From positions 8,099,909 through 8,163,908 of the forward strand of contig CM074804.1 of the NCBI GenBank assembly GCA_037447605.1: DNA of 64,000 nt, read 5' to 3'. The stretch is from Zygnema circumcarinatum SAG 698-1b (Eukaryota > Plantae > Zygnematophyceae). A program made the position numbers and the translations under genes. Under the pieces are notes generated by a model. That model did no database searches and had not been told where the DNA came from. It worked only from the letters and a program-made list of their open reading frames with translations. This document shows, in pieces, positions 11,836 to 22,819 of the stretch (position 1 is its first letter; each line of letters begins with the position of its first letter).

Positions 11836-12826
11836 TTTTTATATCTCTTCGCTACCGATGTTAATCGAAAACAGAAGTCCCTTCAACTGATGCCACGTGT
11901 GCGCACTTCGATCCTTTCGGTTCGACGCGTGTCCTTGCGCGTATCCGCTGTGACTGTCCAGTTCGAACCGTGGGGTGGATCTTCCACCTTTTCGGATCCA
12001 CTTACTGGCTCAGTAAGGTATTCGTACCAGTTCCACCTTATGCAATGCATCTGGTCCTTACTTCACCTCCAGTTCAACAATCTTGGAACCACGATAACGC
12101 CGGGATCGGGATCGCGGGGCGTGGATCCGCGATCCACCGGGCATCAATTACCAGATCAACAAATATCCCCACTGCTCCTGTACCACCCTCCAGACCCCTC
12201 TCTCTTGCACAGCGCGTTTGTATGTCCCTCAAATCTGGCTCAAATTTCTGCATTTTTGCGAGGTTTTCTCGCAAAATTAAACAGAATCAGAACGAAAATG
12301 AACTTGTCCTATACAATTCATTCGCTACCAATATTTCTCTGACTATGAAAAAAGCGCAAACATCTGAGTTGATTCACAGCATGAATCCGCACTTCCACGT
12401 GATCCACCTCTCTCGACAGATACATTCAGCTGCAGATTGACTTGAGCTCACAAAACCAATAGATCCTGAACCCTCCTGATACCCATTACTTACGTCTTTT
12501 CTTGTGCGGAAAACTTGAAATTTTTTAAAGTTTTTAGGGCTGTACGTTGTCGGGGTCTTGAGCGGATGCAGATCGCTCCAGGTATAGGAGTGAATTCAAA
12601 TTTCGGTACGCCGTTTCCAAGTTTTCAGGGTTGCAGATTTTTGGAAGCTCAGCACTGCGACTCTCTGGTTTATTAGAGAGTTTAGGTTGTGCCTGGGCGC
12701 GTTTTCGAACTGCTAAAAGTAAAAAAGAGGGGCGAGAGAGGGGGGAAGGAAGGGGGGGGGGGAAGAGGNNNNNNNNNNAGGAAAGGGAGAGGAGGGGGAG
12801 AGTGAAGGGAGGGGAGGGAGGGGGCC

Positions 12827-15800
12827 ATGATGCTGTTACAAAGGGCGCCAGCGATCCCTGCGAGCCATTTTTTTGTAATTCAGCGAAGAAAAGCATGCGA
12901 CGAGGAAAAAGTACCCTGCCGGGCTTCGTCGTCGCAGCGTGAGTGATTATTGCTCTTCTCTCTTTCGAAAGCATCAAATTTGGATTCCTTACTTTTAACT
13001 TTTTTCCTTTTTAACCCATTTTTTATGTCAGACGGGTTTGAAGAAAGGAGTTGTTCTTCCTGAGTTGAAAGTGTTTCGTCGTTGTTTTTGTTCTTTTGGC
13101 TGAAAATTGAATGTTCTGAATGGTGGATGCATGCCGTCAGTTGCTTTTGAACAGATACTTCTGCTTAGTCTATTTCACACATTTGTATCATCAAGGTCTT
13201 GACACTTGTTTTACGTTTTTTTGTACGTTAAAGTTTTCACTTTCCTTACACTATTTTTCTGCCTTCAAGTACTCAGCACCCGAATCATTGAATTTTTTGA
13301 AATTACAAATTGTTTAAGTTGACATGCTTCATGAAATTCCATGTCACCCGTTACTCTAAGTTCGGTTTCGGTCAAGTAAAGTAAAGTAAGTAAAGTCGGT
13401 CTTTTTCCTTTTCGAAATTCTCGTTTAGTTCTGTCTTTCTGACATTGTTTTGTCAAAAAATGGCATTCCCTCCCCTGTTATTTTTCAGAAGCAGCAGCAT
13501 CAACCGGCAGCTTGAAATCTCTCCATGGATCCCTTCAAGGCAGATTCTTGCGACGGAGCAAGTCACTAGAAAGCTCTATGCAAGGAACTCGCCCACATTT
13601 GCCGTTTTTTTGGGTAAAATACCTGAAAAAAACAAGGATATCTTCGTCCTCCAATCCCGCTCTGACACCTGGACAGAGTAATCCGCAACGGGACGATACA
13701 AGTGAATCAAGCGTTTCTCCGTGGGAGGACAGAGAGCAGCAGGAGAGGGGTGTGGTTAGAGAGGGGGATGGAGGGGGAGAGGGAGAGGGAGAGAGCAGGG
13801 TGAGGGAGGAGAAGGTGAAGAAGAACTCAGATTCAAGTGTAGATGTGAACTCGTCCGTTCCATTGAAGGCACTTTATGGCCTCCGAATCGTTACAGGTCG
13901 AGGGAGCAGATCAGGGCTTTCTATGCCAACTGCAGGAGTACGGATAGCAATCATTGGTAACAGCATGGAAACGACTGTCGTTCAGAGGATAGGGCGGGTT
14001 ATTGAAGAAATGAAAGGAGGGGGAATGGCACAGCATGTAGATTCAAGCAAAAAGAGGCTGAGAGAGGGAGGAAATGGAGAGCGAGCAGGAGAGAGAGAGG
14101 AGGTGGGTGTGAAGGGCAGGACTGGGATTGGAAATGAGCTTGAAAGTGGGGACAGGTCTGTAGGAGGGTGGGAGCGAGGGAGGGGAGTGGGGAATGGGAT
14201 GGTTGGACTTGAAGGTAGAAGAAGGAAGGAGAAGGGAGGAGTAGGGGAGAAGAGGGACAAGGATGGTAGTGTAATGTTTTTGGGGAGTAAAGAAGGCAGC
14301 TTTGAGCAGGGCTCTGTAGACGAGGTTTGGATGGTGGGGCCAAATGTGGGTACTGTTCGAGCTCTGTGGATAGCACCTGAAGCAGGTAGGAGGCATGCAA
14401 CCTTTCCTTGATACTTATTTTTCGATCGCTGAATCATCGTTCCCTTGATTTAAGTCATGTAGACCAACGATGATGGATTGCTTGTGAGGTCTATGGAACT
14501 TATAGGAGAGAGGGGGAGGAGAGGGAGAGAGAGGGGGAGAAAGAGAAAGAGTGTGCGAGTGAGAGAGAGGACGTGCTTGCCAGATTGCGTTTCTTAATTA
14601 CTGCTAATTCTGATCCATTTGCAGGCACGTGGCGTTTCGAGGAAGCTTCGCTTCTAGTGGTTCCCATCCCAGAGGCAGATGCAAAGAACAAAATTGCTGA
14701 CGTCAGCATCCATCTGACTGGGCAGAGTGACGACATCAGCGAAGAAACCTCCCACCTTCCTTTCGAGGTAGCAGAAGCTGACAAACCAAACCTAGGGCCT
14801 ACTACCTCCCTAGTGGCCTCCGGAACTTCGTATTTATTCCGAAAAGAAGCGCCGGAAATGATCGGTGATTTTGCTGATTTTTCTGCTTTAGAATTACGGC
14901 CTGCAGAGGTAGAGGAGAAAATTCCTGTTCCTTACGGAGGCGAGGGAGTTGCAAAAGAAGTCTCTTCGCCGGAGCAGTTGGGGGCTATATGGGGAGCAAG
15001 TTGGGATCCGAAAACTGCCAAAAGTCCTGCAAGTTTGGAAGCAGAAACCCTAAAACGGAGAACTGAGAGCATGGAAGAGTATAAGAGGCTGAAAGAGTGG
15101 CTGTTGCGGACAAGTGTCACCCTGGCATTGGCTGGAACGGTAGGAGCAGCTGTTTTGGGCTTTACAGAGGAAGCGAAGGCTTTTGCATTGGGAGGATTTG
15201 CAGGGCTGTTGTATATACTTAGGCTTCAAAATAGGGTAGACAGTATTCCCTCTGCAGGAATAGTGGCCACTAGTGCTGCTGGAACAGGAGGTGTAGGGAG
15301 AGGGAGAGAGGGAGAGGAGGCTTCTGTAGAGAGAGAAGCTGTATTTGCTGCGAGGGAAGAAGCCCTGCAGGAGTGGGAGATATTGGGGCAGATCAACGGT
15401 GCAGATGTGCGACAGTTGTCGCCTGCACAAGCATCGGCTTTGTCGGAGTTTTCTGCCTTTGTTCTCGAGCAGCTCGGAGAGGTGAGAGAGCTGAGAGAGA
15501 GTTTGGAGGAGTTGAAGGAGTTGATAGGAGATGCTGAACCTGCAGCAAGGAAAGAATTGGCCTCACTTGGGGTTCTATGTGCTGAAGTTGAGACGGAATT
15601 CTCGAAATCTTTTGTACAAATGAAGGAGGCAATAGTGCAGATGCAGAGCACAAAGGAGGGGTGGGAAATGGTGAAGAAGGAAATCAGGTTAGCGGAAGCT
15701 GCTTCGGATTCTGTTCCCTCTCTTATGATGCTCCATGAAGTGGCTTTGCCCCAACTTCTGTTGGCTGTGGCCCAATCGGAATCGATACATGCCGAGCTCA

Positions 15801-16135
15801 TGCAGCAGTTGGGGCATGTGAGGGAGCTGGTGGGGAGGCTCGCCTCGCGATGGACCGATTTCAAATTGAGATATGTGGGGACCCTGGTAGCACTTGCGGA
15901 CCAAAGGTCCGACAAATTTAGGGTTTGGGAGATTGTGGGGGGCTCAGTGGGGCGACTTGCAGTCACTTTTTTGGGGGTCTTTTTGCTTTTTAGGGTTTCC
16001 TCATTGGGGGCGGAGAATGCGGTCAATCCACGACTGCTGCTGGCGGGCTTTTTGGGTTTTTTGACCCCCAAAATAGCCGTTCTATTGGCCGCTTTTCCGT
16101 CGCTGGGAACGCAATCCGTTGGAGGAGACAGGTAG
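12827..16135 (+). CDS. Conserved plant plastid-type protein: PLAT/LH2-like beta domain + C-terminal 4-TM (AtpI/CGL160-like) domain with a long helical insertion
   Basis: Exons 12827-12938, 13489-14385, 14625-16135 are phase-consistent. Motifs YGLRIVTGRGSRSGLS, FEQGSVDEVWMVGPNVGTVRALWIAPEAGTWRFEE, ESMEEYKRLKEWLL, AFALGGFAGLLYILRLQNRVD, LLLAGFLGFLTPKIAVLLAAF. The family assignment is from recall, not a search. Confidence 0.75.
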
Positions 16136-16923
16136 CGGACAGTGGGGTCGCATTGTGGTCAGGAATCTTAAAAAAAAAATTACAGTTTTGGGAGGCTTTT
16201 AGTGTGTAGAGGCTTCTGAGTGGAGGAGAGAAATTTGTACAGGTTTGAAAGGGAGGGCCCAGATGGGGTCCAGTCCTTACTATGGCTCAAGGATGCAGAT
16301 CTATGTATGGCAGTTTCAAAATTTGGGGGTTCCATGTGACGCTAAATTGGCCGTGGTTTTACTGGAACTGAGAATGGTCTGTGCATGGAAGGTGACTATG
16401 AGGAGCTGGGGTGATCTGTGTTCGTGTTTAACGAGCTGTTGGGTGGAACGGTGCGTTGCATGGAACACGGCTCCGGTTGGTTCAAGGACCTTCAAAAACC
16501 ACGAAGAACTTTGAGACCACTTCAAGGTATATGGGAGAGAACCACGAGCAGACAGGAGCTCGTGTCCCAAGGGATGTGCATATCCAACGGTCCAGACCGG
16601 CCCAATCTGTTTCGAGCGAAATCTGACGGCTCCCGTGACCCAAATTCCACCCCATTTGGAAATACGGCATCGGGCGGTCTGCGAGACCGAATCTTGCCGG
16701 CGCAGATGTAACGGCCCTTCTGAGCCGGGTCGTCCCATCCGACGGTCCAAATTCGTCCAGAAAACTGCCCGTCCAGCTGTCTCGCTCACGGCCATACCTG
16801 TCAGCCCTCCGATCGCAAGTGCCGCCTTTCCGCTACAGCCAAAGACCGTACAGTTGTCGTACAATGTTTTGGGCGGCAGACCGCGTTCTTTTGCCACACG
16901 AGTAGGGCCCGCGTTATAAAGTC

Positions 16924-17120
16924 CGACTATGTTATATACTTTACAACGGGTTTAAAAGTAGTAATATAGTACAAAGTAAAACACTTTATTACATATATTA
17001 TACGCACTCGTTTTGAACAATTAACGACCGTATGACCGTACTCGTACGGTCATACGGTACCGTACAGTTACATGTTGTAAAGGCGTTGTAAAGTATTATA
17101 TAACAGCCGTTATTTAGTCG
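16924..17120. mobile_element. MITE-like AT-rich element with imperfect terminal inverted repeats and an internal 32-bp hairpin
   Basis: Left arm cgactatgttatatactttacaacg (16924-16948) pairs with cgttgtaaagtattatataaca...tagtcg (17084-17120). Internal perfect IR accgtatgaccgtac-tc-gtacggtcatacggt (17027-17058). No TSD identified. Confidence 0.45.
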
Positions 17121-17977
17121 TCACAGTTATATAATATAATATAGATTATATAGTCGTAATTAAGCCATCCCTACACACGAGTGACACGACAGAAGCCTCC
17201 GGTCCGCAAGACGTCCGGGTCCGCATCGGCAGCGTTTTGGTTTTCCGGAGCAGTTAAGAAGACAACGACGTTTTGTCGTTTATAAGTGCTGGCGTCCTCT
17301 CATTGGCCGAATGGCCAAAGTTGACTCCGTAGACTTGTCGTCCAATCTTTAATGTTGTACAGACCTTTGACCAAAGGGTCGAAAAACCGTACAGTGGTCT
17401 ATCATTTGGATTCCTACGTGGGCCAATCCGAAGTGCCCAGCTGTCCAACAATCAAAATATCCCTTTTCACGACAAAATATACCGACAATTTGTTACAGCC
17501 TAACCGACATGTACAACGAACACCTTTGATATTTTTCTTGATGAAATAATTTTTTTTTCCAAGCTCACAATTGAACAAAAACATTTCCATTATTGGATAC
17601 GAACGTTTCTCTTTTAGGGACAAAAAATGGTTGCCAGAGCCAATTGGGCGTCAAATCTCACGTTCTTAAAAAAACATAAAAAAAAAAGTGGCCCTTCTTG
17701 TTCGAATTTTTGTAACAATAAAAAAAAAGAATATTTTCCGTTCCATTTACCGCGGTCTTATCGACCGCGGTCCCGTCGGTGGGCGGGACCGTACTTTAGT
17801 ACGGTCCCCTCCACCGACACGCCCTTGGCGGCAGATTTTAGATTTTTCCCTCCGTCCTCACGGGAAGCCTGCCCAAAGCCGCGTGCCCTCCGCCCCCGTC
17901 CGACGACCGCCATGGCCGGACCGGACCAGCCCTGAACGCTTAGGGACCCCAAGGCCCTGAACCCTTTTCAGGCTCGA

Positions 17978-18108
17978 AGGCCCTAAACCCTTGGACCCTT
18001 GAATCCCCGTGTGAACCTCCATCCCGGAGGCCCTGAACTCTTGGACCCTTAAAGCCCCGCTTGAACCTCCATCCCGGAGGCCCTGAACCCTTGGACCTTT
18101 AAAGCCCC
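17978..18108 (+). repeat. 50-bp tandem repeat (~2.6 copies) just upstream of the laccase ATG
   Basis: gaacctccatcccggaggccctgaacYcttggaccYttaaagcccc at 18013 and 18063, with a partial copy before. Confidence 0.85.
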
Positions 18109-18119
18109 AACCCTAGGCA

Positions 18120-19196
18120 ATGCGGGGGGCGGGAGCCGCGCTGCTGCTGCTGCTCGCAGTGGCGGCGGCGGCGCTGTGCGGGACGGCGGAGGCGGCGGTG
18201 CGGACCTTCCAATGGCACGTTGCGGAGGCACGTGCGGCGCCGGACTGCGTGGAACGCCGCGTGGCGGCCATCAACGGGCTGTCGCCGGGGCCGCCCATCT
18301 ACGCCGACATGGGGGACAGAATAAAAGTTCGAGTCTGCAACAACCTTACAGAGGGTCTCTCCATGCACTGGTCCGCCTCTCCCTCTCTCTACCTCCCTCT
18401 TCCCCCCTCCCCCTCCCCTCCCCTCCCCCTCCCCCTCCCCCTCCCCTCCCCTCCCCCTCCCCTCCCCTTCCCCCTCCCCCTCCCCCTCCCCTCCCCCTCC
18501 CCCTCCCCTTCCCCTCCCCTCCCCCTCCTCCTCCCCCTCCCCTCCCCCTCCCCCTCCCCCTCCCCCTCCCCCTCCCCTCCCCCTCCCCCTCCCCCTCCCC
18601 TCCCCCTCCCCCTCCCCTCCCCCTCCCCCTCCCCTCCCCTCCCCTCCCCTCCCCTCCCCTCCCCTTCCCCTCCCCCTCCCCACTCTCCCCTCCCCCCCCT
18701 CCCCCTCCCCTTTCTCTCCCTCTATCTCACAGACACACAATGTATCCTTGCAATGGGTGTCGACCTGCCGCAGGCACGGTCTGCACATGAAGGGCCAGCA
18801 GTGGATGGACGGCGCCGCGTACGGAACGCAGTGCCCCATCAAGGTGTGCTCCCTCCCTTCCGACTGCTCTCCCTCCTCCCTCCCCCCTGTCATTCGAACC
18901 TAGTAATCTAACCTCCCTTTCCCCTCTCTCTCTCTCCCTCTCTCCCTCCCTCTCTCTCTCACTCTCCCTTCCCCCCCCCTCCCCCCAGCCCGGCCAGTGC
19001 TTCACATACAGCTTCCGCGTCCGGAAGCAGCACGGCACGTTTTGGTATCACGCCCACATCGCTCTGCTCCGTGCCTCGGTGTACGGCGCGCTCGTCATTA
19101 GGCCCGGAAGGGCCGCCGCCCTGCCCTTTCCCAAGCCGAAGGGGGACTACTACCTCCTGCTCAACGACTGGTATCACAGGTAGCTTGACCGAGCCC

Positions 19197-19228
<32 letters not shown>

Positions 19229-22200
19229 GCTCTCTCTCTCTCTCTGTCTCTCGACTCCCTCGACTTCCTCTCCCAGCTGCCCTTCTCCCGCCCTCTCTCC
19301 CTCTTTCGACCTCCCTCGCTGTCTCCTTCTGCGTCTTCCTACACTCTCTCGAGCTCCAACTTTCTCTCCCTCTGCTTCTCTCTCCCCCTCTTTCAATCTC
19401 TCCTCTCTTCGCTTCCCCCTCCACGCTCTCTCATTTCCCCCCCGCAGGGTGGCTTAGGGTTAGAGTGGTTCGTGTTTGTAACACTTTGGTTCTTTCTACA
19501 GAGCAGCTTACTGAGCTTTATAGTCTTCATCAGTCTTTCAAAAAGCTTCGGTGTTGTGGGCTTCCATCAATTCACTTAGAGAATTCAAATGGGTTTGGGT
19601 GCAAATGGGGTATATAAAGGTATCCAGATGACCTTATTGCCGGTTTGGAGGGCCAACGATGGACTCCCCTCGGCCTGCCTGACAGCTACCTCATCAACGG
19701 CCGGGGAAGGGTCCAATGCGATAATGTAAAATAACAAAATTTGTTTTTTTGGTCGAACTTGAATGAGATGCAAATCTGTCTACCAATCCTATTCGATGTT
19801 AGAGTCGAAATGAAGAAAGTTGTAAGCGTTAAATTAATCAGAATTTTTTTTTTTTTTTTAATGCATGTCTTTCTTAATACGAACAAACAGGATGTAATCG
19901 AACCGTTAATAATTAAGCAGGCTTTTTACGAAGTTATTAGTAACCCTGAGAATGGGGAGTGCAGTACATATCGCCCTACCCGACCAACTCTACGAAATAC
20001 GGAAAATGCGTTCAAACGAGCTCCTTGTGCAGCCCTCTCTCTTCCTTTTCCGTAAAGAAGGGGCGAACCTACCGCCTTCGCCTCATCAACGTGGGACTCG
20101 ACTCCAGAATGAACTTCGCCATTCAGGTGTGGACACGTGTCCACCCTATCGGTGCATGGAATACATGTGTGTTTTTCTCAGTTACAGTTCAGTTACACTT
20201 GACTGTAAACAAAGAAGGCTGAACATGACACTGTTCACAGAGATCCTTTTCTTTCTTAAGCTGCATTTTCATCCCCTCTCTCTCAATACATTGGCGCTCC
20301 CTCTTCCTCCCATTTCTGCTGACTCTCCCGTCCCTTCCCCATCCTCCTCCCCTCCCCCTGTTCCCTCCCTCCCTCCCTTTCTCCCTCCCTCCCTCCCTCC
20401 CTCCCTCCCTCTCTCCCACTTGCAGAACCACACATTAAAAATCGTCATGGCGGACGGATCGTACATTAAACCCGTGGTTGTTGACTCCATCATTCTCCAT
20501 CCCGGCCAAGCCTTTGACGTCATCCTGACGGCAAACCAGCCGCCCAGCGCCTATTGGATCTCAGTGAACGGCTACGCCTCGGCCCCGGGTTTGGCGGTGC
20601 TCAAGTACGAGGAGGGGAAGCAATCTGAGCCGTCGGATACGTCATCTGCGCCGAGATCTGTGTCCACGGAGGACTCGGCGAAGGGGCAGGCGCAGCAGCT
20701 GCAGCTGCGGGACCTCGCGGGGTTTCGGGGACTCAAGAGGAGGAAGGTAAGGGCTTGCGGGAGGGGAGAGGAGAGAGGGGAGAGGGGAGAGGGGAGAGGA
20801 GAGGATGGAGAGGGGAGAGGATGGAGAGGGGAGAGAAGAGGATGGAGAGGGGAGAGGATGGAGAGGGGAGGGGGGAGTGGGGAGAGGGGAGAGGATGGGG
20901 AGGGGGGAGGGGCGAGGGGAGAGGAGAGAGGATGGGGAGGGGGGAGGGGCGAGGGGAGAGGAGAGAGGATGGGGAGGGGGGAGGGGCGAGGGGAGAGGGG
21001 AGAGGATGGAGAGGGGAGAGGGTCAGTGGGGTAGGGGACGGGAGGTGGGAGAGGACAAGAGAACAGAAGGGAGAAACAACCCTCTAAACCCCCTTTTCCT
21101 ATCACAACCCCTGAATGGCTGCCATTATCCCCGGGGCATCGCAGGTGAACCGCTACTTCTCCCTGCAGTGGAATCTCGTTCTCGTGAATGGCTCCATGCG
21201 CTATGCGGTCAACAACCGCTCCTTTGTGTCGCCCTCCTCCCCTCTCCTCCTGGACGCGTACGCGGGCAAAGCGAGCACCTTCAACAAGCAGACGGAGCTT
21301 CCTGCCAACTTCCCCGAACTCGCAAACCCCCCAAATGGATTGAGTGCGGCGAACTCGGGGGTCGGCATTTGGACGGTTAAGAAGGGGGAGTTTGTGCAGA
21401 TTGTGTTCCAAGTATGTCTCATTCTTATCTCTTCGACTTGACTTCACTTGACTTGACCTGTTTTGACCTGCTTTTGAATAGATTTAGCGAAACCCTAAAC
21501 CTGCATGTCCTCTCTCTGTTGGCAGAATTACATTCTCGCAGGAGGCCCGCACCCCTTCCATTTGCACGGCTTCAACTTTTACGTTGTGGGGTACGGCTCG
21601 GGGGTGTACAACCGGTCACAGGAGGCCACGTATGCGAAATCGTACAACCTGGTGGACCCGCCCCTGCTGTCGACCGTCGCCATATACGACAGCGCGTGGG
21701 TCGCTGTGCGCTTTGCGGCCGACAACGTCGGCGTGTGGAACCTGCACTGTGGGGCCCACCACCCCCTCCTCGCCCTGCCCTGCAATGACCATGAGACCAA
21801 AAGCCTGAGCTCTTCTTAAAAAGTCGTGGTCTGACTTACTTGACCAGATGACCAGATATGGCTCGGTTTGCCCAGACTTCGACTGGCTTGAGTTGACTTG
21901 ACTTGAATGGACCTGAATTGATTCGACTTACATCGACTTGCATTGACTTGCATTGACTTGCATTGACTTTAATGGGTTTGCATTGGCATGAATTGACTTG
22001 TATTGACTTATATTGACTTATATTGACTCGTATTGACTTGAATGGACTTGCATTGGCGTGAATTGACTTGTATTGACCTGGGTTGACTTGTATTGATCTG
22101 AGTTGACTTGCAATGACTTGCGTTGACTTGCATTGACTTGTGTTGATTTGCGTTGACCTGCATTGACTTGCTATTGGTCGGTGGGTGCAGGCCATTTGGA

Positions 22201-22330
22201 GGCGCACATGCACCTCGGCATGCAGCTCTTCCTGCGCGTGGTGGGCGCCAAAGGGGACATCCCGCCGCCGCCCAAAGGCCTGCCGACCAAGTGCGGGGGA
22301 GCAAGCCGGAACGGCACGGGAACGCAATAA
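18120..22330 (+). CDS. Secreted laccase-type multicopper oxidase
   Basis: Signal peptide MRGAGAALLLLLAVAAAALC. All four Cu motifs form after splicing: HWHG, WYHAH, HPFHLHG, HCHLEAHMHLGM. Also TQCPIKPGQ, LRASVYGALVI, PFPKP, PDSYLINGRG, TYRLRLIN and C-terminal PPPKGLPTKCG. Stop at 22328-22330. Confidence 0.95.
21875..22170 (+). repeat. 10-bp minisatellite (CATTGACTTG)n in the last laccase intron
   Basis: About 29 degenerate units, with ~18 TTGAC(C/T) cores by my count. Confidence 0.95.
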
Positions 22331-22819
22331 TGCTATTTTTTTTTTTGAAATTTGGGTTCAAATTGTTTAAGGCAAAGGCAGTCGTCGGTCCCGCAAACCT
22401 CCAAGGATTTGTTGGGGATTGCTTTGCCTGCTAATAATTCAAATTAAAAAAATAGCATTAATGAATAACGACTGTCGCTTTCCTTTTTGAAGTGTAAGCT
22501 TATTACTCCCATTGGAGGATCCTCTCGCTTGGACGACAAATGTTTCCTCGATGTACAGATCTGCAAAACGAATATGAATTATTTTTTCTCGAAAGGCCTC
22601 CATGTGTTTAAACCATCCTCACGTTGCATGCTCCAATTGCTTTGCTTATTCTCTTGTGCACAACGAACCCCTACAAAGTAACGCGTTTGATAAAGTTAAA
22701 GAGGCCATGAAGCTTGAGGCGTTGTATGATGTGGCATTGATCTCACGCATGGCCATGGCCATGGATGCCATCAAATGTACACACATGCATGGGCAAAGTC
22801 AACAATATGGGGAACCATC

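Noticed and set aside
20085-20105. miR397 target site in the laccase (RLINVGLD region)
   Set aside because: CATCAACGTGGGACTCGACTC differs from the canonical CATCAACGCTGCACTCAATGA at about 7 positions, too many for targeting.
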